Part shown: positions 48,669 to 57,954 of the stretch, one piece after another | How the letters are laid out: each line of letters begins with the position of its first letter | Position numbering within the stretch: the stretch's first letter is position 1 | Notes under the pieces: model-generated | What the model was told of the DNA's origin: nothing | Databases searched by the model: none | What the model saw: only the letters and a program-made list of their open reading frames with translations | Source: Candidatus Latescibacterota bacterium | GTDB lineage: Bacteria; Latescibacterota; UBA2968; GCA-2709665 | Assembly: GCA_963662665.2 (NCBI GenBank) | Contig: CAXXJS010000010.1 | Coordinates: forward strand, 32,001-96,000 | Direction: 5' to 3' | Length of the DNA stretch: 64,000 nucleotides | Made by a program: the position numbers and the translations under genes

Positions 48669-49630
48669 TGTCCCGCGTTACGTACGCCCAGGCCATTAAT
48701 GACGCCATCCGGGAAGAAATCGCCCGCGACGAGCGCGTCTTCACCCTCGGCGAGGATATCGGTCCGGTTCGCGATCCTGATAGCCTCTGGGACCAGTTTC
48801 GCGAACGCCGCACGTGGCAGACGCCCATATCCGAGTCGGGCTTCGTTGGATTGGCGGTCGGCGCCGCCATGACCGGCCTGCGTCCTGTCGCCGTCATCAT
48901 GTACTGTGACTTCGTCACCGTCTGCATGGACCCCATAGTCAACCAGGCCGCCAAGATCCACCTGATGTCCGGGGGCAACGTCAACGTCCCGCTGGTGATC
49001 CGGACGCCAGGCGGCGCCGGCACGAGAGAGGCCGGGCACCACAGCCAGAGCCTCGAGGGCTGGTTCGTCCATACCCCGGGACTGAAGGTGGTTATGCCGG
49101 CCACCGCCGCCGACGCCAAGGGCCTGATGAAGTCCTGCATCCGCGATGACGGCCCGGTTGTATTCATCCAGCACCGGCTGCTGGGTGACATCGAGCAGGC
49201 CGTGCCTGAAGACGATAACGTCGTCCCTTTGGGTACGGCCGACGTGAAACGCGAGGGCGGCGACGTTACCGTTGTCGCCGTCTCCTACGCTTTGCAGAAG
49301 GCGCTTCAGGCGGCTGAAGCCCTGGACGGGGAGATCGGCGTCGAAGTCATAGATCCCCGTACACTGGTACCTCTTGACGTGGAAACCATCCTTCGTTCGG
49401 TCAGGAAAACAGGTCGCCTCCTGGTCGTGCACGAATCGCCCGCGCGCGGCGGCATTGGCGCCGAAATCGTCCGCCAGATCGCCGAACGGGGCTTTAATCA
49501 CCTTCGCAGACCCCCTCGCGTCCTCGGCGGCCTGAATACGCCCATGCCCTACAGCGCCCCGCTCGAAGACGCCTGCCTGCCCCAGACCGGGGACATCGTC
49601 GTCGCCATCAGAAACTGCGTTAGCGCCTAA
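48668..49630 (+). CDS. TPP-dependent dehydrogenase E1 beta subunit
   Basis: GEDI, TPISE, HSQS, PGLKVV, IDPRTLVPLD. Confidence 0.92.
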   Translation: MSRVTYAQAINDAIREEIARDERVFTLGEDIGPVRDPDSLWDQFRERRTWQTPISESGFVGLAVGAAMTGLRPVAVIMYCDFVTVCMDPIVNQAAKIHLMSGGNVNVPLVIRTPGGAGTREAGHHSQSLEGWFVHTPGLKVVMPATAADAKGLMKSCIRDDGPVVFIQHRLLGDIEQAVPEDDNVVPLGTADVKREGGDVTVVAVSYALQKALQAAEALDGEIGVEVIDPRTLVPLDVETILRSVRKTGRLLVVHESPARGGIGAEIVRQIAERGFNHLRRPPRVLGGLNTPMPYSAPLEDACLPQTGDIVVAIRNCVSA

Positions 49631-49632
49631 CC

Positions 49633-49671
49633 TGTTATCCTGAGGAAGCCGCCCGCGCCGACGAAGGATCT
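49633..49671 (+). repeat. REP-like element
   Basis: TGTTATCCTGAG...CGAAGGATCT, internal ATCCT/AGGAT inverted repeat, right after the stop codon. Confidence 0.4.
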
Positions 49672-49837
49672 ACTGCGGCATGGGATCAACCACGAGCATC
49701 GCCGAGTCGGTCCGAATTAGAATGCAGCACAACCGTTCCTGCCTGGACTCCGCTTAGTGTTGCAGGTCTACCAATCACCATCACCTAGACGCGTCTGTCA
49801 TTCCCTCGACGTTCCGACGGAAGAGGTGCTACTCGGC

Positions 49838-50074
49838 TCACCGACGCCGCCCTCTTACTCTGCGTCTCCCGTCTGTGATGAGGGTAACGACTTCCCGAGT
49901 GGAGATATCCACCTGGACCGACGGAACGTCCAGCGGCGACGTGGCGGGGCGTTCCGGCACCAGGGCATAGGCCCTGCCGTCCTTTCTGCGTATCAGGACC
50001 TTGCCGGTAGACTCGGCTTTGTCAAGCACTGTTGAGAGGTTCTGCCTCGCTTCCAAGTAGGTATATACGTCCAT
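49838..50074 (-). CDS. Phd/YefM family antitoxin (orphan)
   Basis: MDVYTYLEARQNLSTVLDKA...VLIRRKDG; GGAGG RBS. Confidence 0.85.
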   Translation of the reverse strand: MDVYTYLEARQNLSTVLDKAESTGKVLIRRKDGRAYALVPERPATSPLDVPSVQVDISTREVVTLITDGRRRVRGRRR

Positions 50075-50075
50075 C

Positions 50076-50138
50076 CTACACCTCCAGAACAACGGTGTTG
50101 ACAGCGAGTGTGTCGGCGGCCCGGCTGAGGGTTCGATC
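50076..50138 (-). pseudogene. 3' remnant of a PIN/VapC-like toxin
   Basis: Translates DRTLSRAADTLAVNTVVLEV*, stop 1 nt before the antitoxin ATG; resembles PIN C-terminal tails. Confidence 0.5.
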
Positions 50139-50203
50139 CGGATGGGGACGGTGCCATAGGATTCGGGGACTTCCTGATCTTTGCGGCCGCCTTCGGCACG
50201 TAA
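50132..50203 (+). pseudogene. 3' remnant of a gene ending in a dockerin/EF-hand-like repeat
   Basis: Translates FDPDGDGAIGFGDFLIFAAAFGT*, near-identical to the tag in 52066; in-frame stop just upstream. Confidence 0.75.
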
Positions 50204-50225
50204 CGGTCATCCAGTCGATCCTCAA

Positions 50226-51761
50226 TCACTTCTCATCGGCCACCGATCCTTTTCCATAATTCGCTTGCAAAGCCCGTTCCATAGCGTCGATTTCCTCATC
50301 GGCGAGAAGGCCAAAATGGCTGGCTCGTTTTCGTGCGGAGAGGCGGCCGTTGTTCCGGATACAGAGACGGATGAAGAGATCGATCTGTCGATCCGGCATA
50401 TCGACGATGTTCTGGATGGATTGTTTGGTCGCATCGAAGTTTTGCAGAAAGGACAGCTCTTCGGAGAGCTCGGTATCGATCGTCTGTTCAATAAATCGAA
50501 AAAGCTCCTCCGCCTGGGGGGTCATGTCGATATAGCGATACCAGGTCGCCGTCTCGTTTTCCACAGCCAGTCGCCCGTCCTGGTCGATGGTATATTCTAC
50601 CAGAGGCATGAGATTCCGTGAAAACGCATTCAGTGACGCGTCATAATCAGCCGGATTCTTCAACATGAACGCCGAAATGGGAAACATGACGCTTTCGGGC
50701 GTAAAGCCTCGACGCGCAAGAATATTGTGAATCAAGAAGCGGTGGATTCGACCGTTTCCGTCCTCGAAGGGGTGAAGAAAGACGAACCCGTAAGCGATGG
50801 CGGCGGCCTGAATCACAGGCGAAACGTTGCCGGATTCCATGCGGCCGTGGGCGGTCATCAGGCCTTCCATCAGGCTGGTCAGATCATCGGGCTTCGGCGC
50901 TACGAAGTGGATTTGCTCCCGCTGCCAGGCGACGCTTTGACCGACGTAATTCTGAGTCATTCGATAATCGGTATCGCGGAACCTGGGGTCGACGATGCGG
51001 TTCTGTAACTCGACCAGCCGCGGCTTTCGACAAAAGTCCTCCTGCTCGGCCAATTGGAGCAGAGCCACAAAGCGTTCGGTTCGCGACGAGGTCGGATTGA
51101 TCCGCTCGATTTCAAATGAGGATTTCGTTTCCCTGGTATACAGGTAACTCAGCGCGCGCTTCAACAGTTGAGGAGGGTAGCGAGACACCACCTCGCGGCA
51201 TCTCGTGTACAACCGGTCCATTTCCGCGTCACGAAGGGTGTCTGTACGACGCATTGTCGGGCAGAATCGTGGTTCACCGGGCAGATTGTCATTGATCCGT
51301 TGACGCCGGACCGGCCGAGCCGGCTCGACTGTAAAATAGGCATCCGGGTCAAGCAGGGCGATGTAGTTTCCGCTCCTCAGATCGTCCAGCGGGAGTGTCC
51401 TTCCGGTCAGGAATTCATACAGAAACCACAATCGTCTGGCATACTTGCCAGTCGGTTTGGAGCGGATGTAGTCGAGGAGATTGGCCTCCGATGTGACTTC
51501 GAACAACGCGGCAAGAATCGCGAGATTCGTGCCGTCGTACTTGAGAGCGAATCTCAGTTGGTCGCCAAGGTCGCTTCCGGGCCAATAGCTGGGTGGATAT
51601 ACTTCCCTGACAGTGTCTCCCAGGTAATCAATCCTTCGGGTTCCACTTGTGGCCACCAGGGACGTGTGCCAATTCGGAACGACGTCGAGACCGTACTGCT
51701 CTATCAGCGCGGCATACCCCGCGAGTTTGTATTTCGTTCTGATTTGATCTTGTTCAATCAT
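50226..51761 (-). CDS. Fic family protein
   Basis: HPFEDGNGRIHR motif; upstream SFEIE matches the inhibitory (S/T)xxxE helix. Confidence 0.92.
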   Translation of the reverse strand: MIEQDQIRTKYKLAGYAALIEQYGLDVVPNWHTSLVATSGTRRIDYLGDTVREVYPPSYWPGSDLGDQLRFALKYDGTNLAILAALFEVTSEANLLDYIRSKPTGKYARRLWFLYEFLTGRTLPLDDLRSGNYIALLDPDAYFTVEPARPVRRQRINDNLPGEPRFCPTMRRTDTLRDAEMDRLYTRCREVVSRYPPQLLKRALSYLYTRETKSSFEIERINPTSSRTERFVALLQLAEQEDFCRKPRLVELQNRIVDPRFRDTDYRMTQNYVGQSVAWQREQIHFVAPKPDDLTSLMEGLMTAHGRMESGNVSPVIQAAAIAYGFVFLHPFEDGNGRIHRFLIHNILARRGFTPESVMFPISAFMLKNPADYDASLNAFSRNLMPLVEYTIDQDGRLAVENETATWYRYIDMTPQAEELFRFIEQTIDTELSEELSFLQNFDATKQSIQNIVDMPDRQIDLFIRLCIRNNGRLSARKRASHFGLLADEEIDAMERALQANYGKGSVADEK

Positions 51762-52065
51762 TGCTCACCCTGGAATAAACGTTACCCGATGAGAATTATA
51801 GTTATATTTCGACAAATTGCAAGAAAAACAGTTTTGTAGTCCCTCTCATCGAATTGGTTTGACAGGAAACCCTGGAACGACCCGGCACGAAGACATGGGT
51901 ATGCAGGACACCGTTGTTGGAACACGACTGACTCTACGATGACGGGGTGCGTATCGGGCCGGGAGCCCGCCCGATCACACGAAAAATCCCCCCGAACCGG
52001 TCCGGCGAAGCTGCCATAGGATCACCAGCCGTGGAACCTGCAAGAAAGGATGGGGATTTTGCAAT

Positions 52066-54285
52066 ATGAAACGAGCATGTTTCCTGGTCGCAATTGCCGC
52101 GGGTTGTCTCTGGGCTTCCGGGTTCAAGGGGTACGCATTGCAATCCGGTCCCTTCCCCGACTTTGACGGAGACGGGGTCGTGGGGTTCTCGGACTTTCTG
52201 CAATTCGCCGGCAGATTCGGTTCAAGCCTTGACGAGGAGACGTTTGACGAGCGGTTCGATCTGGATGGCGACGGCTTGATCGGCTTTCCGGATTTTCTGA
52301 TCTTCGCCGGCAACTTTGGAAAAGCATCTCCTTACGCTGGCGATGAGAACGACGTGAACATACCCGATGCCAACCTGCGTGCCGTGATTGCGGACAGCCT
52401 GGGCAAGGCGCGCGATGTGCCTATCACCCGGACCGAGATGGCGACTCTGACTGAACTCAGGGCGCATGATGCAGATATCAAAGATCTGACCGGGCTTCAG
52501 TTCGCCACCAATCTGGAATTCATATGGTTTACAAACAACGGATTCTCCGATATATCTCCGCTTTGTGATTTGACCAACCTGAACGACCTGATCCTCTTTG
52601 GCAACGCAATTGCCGATCTCTCCCCTGTTTCGGGCTTAGTCAATCTTACAGGGCTGAATCTAAATGACAATCGTGTTTCAGATCTCTCCCCATTGGCCAA
52701 CTTGAAGGAACTGATGCATTTGTGGCTTTTGAACAACAAGATCACTGATATGTCCCCACTATCAGGCCTTACGGGCCTGGCCGGATTGGAAGTTGGCGGT
52801 ACAGCCCTTACTGACCTTTCCGTTATAGCCGGATTGATCAATCTGACAGAACTCGGGCTTTCCAATAATAATATCTCCGACATATCCACGGTATCCGGCC
52901 TGATCAATCTCACGTACCTGGATCTCAGTGACAACTGTGTTTCGGATCTCTCGGCGCTGACCGGACTGACCAATCTCACGTACCTGAATCTCAACGGCAA
53001 CAGAATCACGGACTTCTCGCCATTGACAGCAGGTGCGGGAATGGGTAGCGGCGACCAGGTGGACGCGAGGAATAATCCGTCAAGTGCGGAATCGATCATT
53101 ACGCACCTGCCCGCGCTTCAGACCAGAGGCGTTGACGTCCAATTCGACGTCGAACCCGAATTGGTCTGTGTTCCAATTATTCCAGGGAATCTCTCCGTGG
53201 ACGCGGGAAGTTCTCACACGTTACAGACCAATCATCTGTACGTCGATCACGAGCGGATAAGATCCGGAGTCCGGCGTGGGGGTATCGGAGCCGTGGCGTA
53301 TGCCGATTTCAACGGCGACAGTTACGTGGATGTCTTTTTCGCTCCCGGCGATGGCTGGCAGCGCGACCCGATTCCTGCTGAACTGTACATGAATAACGGC
53401 ACGGGGTGTTTCACGTTGGACGCCAGTTTCCTGGGTGCGAACCCGCCTGGTCGGTTGGCGCCGAGAAAGGCACTTCCAGGTGACTTCAACGGTGATGGCC
53501 GGATGGATGTCTTCGTATTGGATCACGGATACGACAAGCCGCCGTTTCCGGGCGCGGCGCCGTATGTGATTCTTTCCTCCGGAGACGGATTCGTGCTGGG
53601 TAAAGGGCTGGAGAGTTTCGTCGGTTTTCAACACGGCGGGGCTTCGGCCGACGTCGACTCCGACGGTGACCTCGACATATTCGTCACCCACTTGAATGCC
53701 ACTGACGGGCCGTTTTTCCTTATGAATGACGGCAGTGGCTCATTTGTTCCGGATACGGATCGGGTAGAAGGACTTGCCCATAAGGCGCTGTTTACTGCTG
53801 AGATTGTTGATGTCGACGGTGACGGTTTCCTTGATCTCCTTGCCGCCGGTCACGAGTACGATCCCCCACAGGATTTACAGACGCAGATCTTGTGGGGTGA
53901 CGCCGACGGTGTCTACAGCACGGACAGGGCGACGTCGCTTCCGGGTGTAGTCGGCCGCGGCATCGTCGTGGACATCGACGTGAGCGACACCGACGGGGAC
54001 GGTGACAAGGACATCGTCATAAACCGCACCGGCGACGAGCGTACCGCCGTGTACAAAGGTTACTATGTGCAGCTGGTCGAGCAGGTCGGCGAGCGCCGGT
54101 TCGAGGACAATACGGAGGAGTTGCTTCATCAGAATGCAGACGAACAGGCAGATTGGATCGTCTGGATCCGCATGTGCGATTGCGACGCCGACGGAGACGT
54201 GGATATCGTGGTCGACGATGCCGCCAGAAAGCTCATCTGGAAGAACGACGGGACCGGCGCGTTTCACCGGCGCCAAGCAATGTGA
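52066..54285 (+). CDS. Secreted protein: dockerin-like tag, internalin-type LRRs, FG-GAP/VCBS repeats
   Basis: DFDGDGVVGFSDF..FDLDGDGLIGFPDF; about 8 LTNL..L.L..N.ISDLSPL repeats; D.NGDG..D repeats. Confidence 0.88.
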   Translation: MKRACFLVAIAAGCLWASGFKGYALQSGPFPDFDGDGVVGFSDFLQFAGRFGSSLDEETFDERFDLDGDGLIGFPDFLIFAGNFGKASPYAGDENDVNIPDANLRAVIADSLGKARDVPITRTEMATLTELRAHDADIKDLTGLQFATNLEFIWFTNNGFSDISPLCDLTNLNDLILFGNAIADLSPVSGLVNLTGLNLNDNRVSDLSPLANLKELMHLWLLNNKITDMSPLSGLTGLAGLEVGGTALTDLSVIAGLINLTELGLSNNNISDISTVSGLINLTYLDLSDNCVSDLSALTGLTNLTYLNLNGNRITDFSPLTAGAGMGSGDQVDARNNPSSAESIITHLPALQTRGVDVQFDVEPELVCVPIIPGNLSVDAGSSHTLQTNHLYVDHERIRSGVRRGGIGAVAYADFNGDSYVDVFFAPGDGWQRDPIPAELYMNNGTGCFTLDASFLGANPPGRLAPRKALPGDFNGDGRMDVFVLDHGYDKPPFPGAAPYVILSSGDGFVLGKGLESFVGFQHGGASADVDSDGDLDIFVTHLNATDGPFFLMNDGSGSFVPDTDRVEGLAHKALFTAEIVDVDGDGFLDLLAAGHEYDPPQDLQTQILWGDADGVYSTDRATSLPGVVGRGIVVDIDVSDTDGDGDKDIVINRTGDERTAVYKGYYVQLVEQVGERRFEDNTEELLHQNADEQADWIVWIRMCDCDADGDVDIVVDDAARKLIWKNDGTGAFHRRQAM

Positions 54286-54336
54286 GCACGTGCCGTCGTC
54301 CTGTCGCGAACAGTTGATGCGTTCAGGCGGTGCCCT

Positions 54337-54436
54337 GCTTGTGCTGAGCCTGTCGAAGCAAGCTTGCTTGCATTGAGTTTGTCGAAGTGTCGTAGCGCCG
54401 GCGCCTGCCTGCGCCAAGCGGAGCGCGGCAGGCAGG
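54337..54436 (-). repeat. REP-like cluster
   Basis: Two copies of CTTCGACA..CTCA on minus strand (54337-54360, 54366-54389), same type as 44901; plus CCTGCCTGC..GCAGGCAGG palindrome. Confidence 0.6.
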
Positions 54437-54675
54437 AAGGCTGATGCGGTGGGGGTTTCGATTTCACTGGCCTTTAGCGGTCGAAAACCCAGGATCGCCA
54501 TTCCCAGGCGTTTCCTATATGCCGATCATGGATGGCCTGATTGGGGCGATCCGTGACATCGATCAGATCTTCAGTACCCTTGAAGGTGGCTTATTTGTGT
54601 TCACTTTCGAACCTGAGGTGCTGTAGCGCGAATTCATTGAGCGGGAATTGAGAGAAATCGACTTCGACCGATCGC

Positions 54676-55083
54676 TTACATTATCCGGGACCGTATCCGA
54701 TCCTCAGCCCATCTGACGACAGATTCGGCGATTTCCATCGCCTCCAGGTAGTGCTGTTCTGAGATGGGCTGCTCCATACCCGGATAGCGTGCAGCTGTCG
54801 CATAGGGCGTAAGCCTCCCTGCCCGGTGGATTTCGTCGGGCACATGTTGGCCCGTTGATGCCAGTACGGTCAATAGTTGGTCGAGATCATGCACGTACGG
54901 AAATGCAATTTCGCACGCGATCAATACGGCCTTGATGGCTTTCTCCGCCGCCTGTTGAGCATCGAAACACAGATCTTCAAGATAGGCGCCGGGAATTCGG
55001 TTTCTTGCTCGAACCAGATTGCTTCTTGCACGGTTCAACCATTCCCGAGGGTCGTCCGGTGGGAAGCGTTCAGGCGGCTTCAT
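54676..55083 (-). CDS. HEPN domain protein
   Basis: EWLNRA, CFDAQQAAEKAIKA, HDL, RYP. Confidence 0.9.
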   Translation of the reverse strand: MKPPERFPPDDPREWLNRARSNLVRARNRIPGAYLEDLCFDAQQAAEKAIKAVLIACEIAFPYVHDLDQLLTVLASTGQHVPDEIHRAGRLTPYATAARYPGMEQPISEQHYLEAMEIAESVVRWAEDRIRSRIM

Positions 55084-55384
55084 ATATGACCCTTCCCTCC
55101 TGAAGTGCGGGCTTGATCACCAGCGCGTGACAGTCCTTGTAACGTTCCACCTGCGCCGGGGTGACCACGATCGCGTCCACTCCTACGCCAACCCCGCGCA
55201 GGTTGCCGTAGATGTCTCCAATAACAGTCCATGGATCGCTGTTGTCCTTTACGACGAGTAAGTCAATGTCGCTATGGCGGTTCAGGTCTCCCCTCGCGGC
55301 GGATCCGAAGAGAATTATCTTCTCAGGATGAGCGACTTCTACAATGCGCCGTATTATTTCGTCCAGAGTTGACTCGTCCAACAT
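55070..55384 (-). CDS. Minimal nucleotidyltransferase (MNT)
   Basis: ILFGSAARG.....SDIDLLVV; overlaps the HEPN start. Confidence 0.9.
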   Translation of the reverse strand: MLDESTLDEIIRRIVEVAHPEKIILFGSAARGDLNRHSDIDLLVVKDNSDPWTVIGDIYGNLRGVGVGVDAIVVTPAQVERYKDCHALVIKPALQEGRVIYEAA

Positions 55385-55593
55385 GGTACTGCCTTTCGTT
55401 TTATGGGCGCGTCATGTGTAACTATTGGCCAGCTTCCCTATCGATTTTATGGGGTCTATGGCATGTTTGAAGATAATATCGTAATTTGTGCGCGGATAGC
55501 AAAACAAAGCTTTTTAAGGACCCGCATGGCTATCTCGTTTCGTAACGATGTATCATCCGAAAGGTCCATTTCGCCGTCGGGATGAACGCCTGA

Positions 55594-55690
55594 CAGTCCG
55601 TTGATATTGTCGCTCTGCAGGCGAGGCAGGACGCCTGTCTGCGTACGTACGCACAGACAGACAGCCCGGATGGACTTTTCCAACGGGCTG
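55594..55690 (+). mobile_element. MITE-like repeat, copy 4
   Basis: Imperfect TIRs CAGTCCGTTGATATTGTC / GACTTTTCCAACGGGCTG; internal palindrome CTGTCTGCGTACGTACGCACAGACAG. Confidence 0.7.
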
Positions 55691-56179
55691 CAATGGTCGA
55701 CGCTTTACCCGGATTCGGATAGGTCGGCTCAAATTCCTTATGCCAGCAGGTACCAATACGGAGACAGGACAACACACCTCTACTGTGCACCGTCCTGTCG
55801 TTTCATTTCAGGCCAAGGGCATTCAGGGAATGGATCTCAGGGTTGTTTCCGATCCAACAACCGACCGAACGCCCCCGGATCGGACACCTGAATCGCGGCG
55901 CCCGGCGCCGGGACGCACGTAGATGACGCTTGAAACATCGGCACGCCGTGTTGTTCAATGGCGCGCCCGATATAGCCGGCCATGCGCCGCGTTCAACACA
56001 TCAGCCCATGAATCACAAACGATCCGCGGCTTGATTATTGTTGCAAGCTTTTTCCGAATAAACCCGTAAACCGACTTGCGTTTTCTGTAAATCAAGGTAC
56101 AATAGTGATACAGAACAGAGAGGAAGCCGTCCAGGATCCTCCGAGTCGTTCCCTCTACATCTTTCATCCGGAGAATAAG

Positions 56180-57916
56180 ATGAGCCCTGGTATCCGCAAG
56201 TTTGTCGTCTTCGCCATCGCCCTGGTCGTATCCTGGATCGTCGGCATCAACGTCGCCCCCACCTGGACGGTCGAGCAGATCGCCCTCGACGCTCACAGCG
56301 ACAGGGAAGGAAAGCTCTACTACGTATACCAGGGAGAGCCTGCCTATTTCGACGCCGTACCCATCCAGGAAGCGCTGCTTAACCCCGAGAGAATCGAAGG
56401 CTCGCGCGAGGCCCCGTCAGTTGAGAAGGAGTTCGTCTCCGTGGTCAGGATGGAGGAGGGGGAGCCGCGGACCTTCTACTACCAGCTGCTCGCCAAGCGC
56501 CACTGGGGCTTCTGGTCCCTGCTTCCCGCGGTGGTCGCCGTACTACTGTGCTGGCTCACAAAGGAGCCGGTCACCTCCCTCCTCGGCGGCATTGTGTCCG
56601 GAGCCCTGGTACTGAGCCGCTACGACTTCACCGGCGACGTGCTGGTCCCCTCGCTGGCCACGACCAGCTCCGCCGGCGTTCTGCTTCTCTACCTGTGGTT
56701 GCTGGGCGGGCTGATGGGGATCTGGTCGCGGACGGGCGCCGCGCAGGCGTTCGCCGAGTTGATGACCGTGCGCTTCGTGCGCGGCCCGAGAAGCGCCAAG
56801 CTCGTATCCTGGATGCTCGGCGTCATCTTCTTCCAGGGAGGCACGGTCAGCACCGTGCTGGTCGGAACCACGGTCAAGCCAATCGCCGACAACGAAAAGG
56901 TCAGCCACGAAGAGCTCGCCTACATCGTGGACTCGACCGCCTCGCCGATCGCTTCCCAGCTCGCTTTCAACGCCTGGCCCGGGTACGTCCAGGCCTTCAT
57001 CTTCGTCTCCGGGGTGGGCTTCCTCGCCACCGAGACGGACCGCATCGCCTTTTTCTTCCAGAGCGTGCCGTTCTGCTTCTACGCGATCTTCGCCGTGCTC
57101 GGTACCTTTCTCCTCAGCATCGAGAGGCCCCTGTTCCTCGGTAAGCGGCTCGGGGCGGCGATGGAACGCTCCCGCGCGACCGGCCAACTCGACGCCGACG
57201 GAGCGAACCCCCTGAGCGCGAAGGAACTGCAGGGAAGCAACGTTCCCAAGGGTTACACCCCGCACGTGATAGAGTTCTTCCTGCCCCTGATTTCCCTCAT
57301 TGGCATCGCCGTCGGCACCTTCATCGTCAGCGGCTCCCCCAACGTGCAGTGGGCCTTCGGCACGGCCCTGCTGCTCGCCGCGGGGATGGCCCTGATCAAG
57401 GGGATGTCGCTCAAGGATCTCGTGGCGGGATTCCACGACGGCCTCAAGGGGGTGGTGCTCGGCTCCGTCATTCTCCTGCTCGCCATCACCATCGGAGGGA
57501 TAAACAAGGAGACGGGGGGCGGCATCTTTCTGGTCGAGCAACTCGGGGAAGCGATTCCCTTCTTCCTGCTACCCGTGCTGCTGCAAATCATGACCATGGT
57601 CATCGCCTTCTCCACGGGGACGAGCTGGGGAACCTACGCGGTGGCCTTCCCGCTGGCCATGCCGTTGGCCTGGGCGGTGGCCGGGGCTCACGGTCTTTCC
57701 CATCCCGAGCTGTTCATGACCCTCTGCTTCGCCGCGGTCATGGACGGCAGCGTGTACGGCGACCAGTGCTCGCCGATCTCCGACACCACCGTACTCAGCT
57801 CGATGTGCACCGGCTGCGACCTGATGGACCACGTCAAGACGCAGATACCCCAGGCGTCCATCGCGGCCTGCCTGGCGGCGGTCTGCTGGACCGTCCTCGC
57901 CTACTTCACCGCCTGA
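56180..57916 (+). CDS. NhaC family Na+/H+ antiporter-like transporter
   Basis: Multi-TM; ELAYIVDSTASP, FSTGTSWGT, GDQCSPISDTT, HVKTQ. Confidence 0.88.
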   Translation: MSPGIRKFVVFAIALVVSWIVGINVAPTWTVEQIALDAHSDREGKLYYVYQGEPAYFDAVPIQEALLNPERIEGSREAPSVEKEFVSVVRMEEGEPRTFYYQLLAKRHWGFWSLLPAVVAVLLCWLTKEPVTSLLGGIVSGALVLSRYDFTGDVLVPSLATTSSAGVLLLYLWLLGGLMGIWSRTGAAQAFAELMTVRFVRGPRSAKLVSWMLGVIFFQGGTVSTVLVGTTVKPIADNEKVSHEELAYIVDSTASPIASQLAFNAWPGYVQAFIFVSGVGFLATETDRIAFFFQSVPFCFYAIFAVLGTFLLSIERPLFLGKRLGAAMERSRATGQLDADGANPLSAKELQGSNVPKGYTPHVIEFFLPLISLIGIAVGTFIVSGSPNVQWAFGTALLLAAGMALIKGMSLKDLVAGFHDGLKGVVLGSVILLLAITIGGINKETGGGIFLVEQLGEAIPFFLLPVLLQIMTMVIAFSTGTSWGTYAVAFPLAMPLAWAVAGAHGLSHPELFMTLCFAAVMDGSVYGDQCSPISDTTVLSSMCTGCDLMDHVKTQIPQASIAACLAAVCWTVLAYFTA

Positions 57917-57954
57917 GAGGAAGTGGGCGCGGCAGGCGGACAGGCGGGCGCAGG

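Noticed and set aside
54444-54626. Small ORF or toxin remnant downstream of HEPN
   Set aside because: No RBS or recognisable family in any frame examined.
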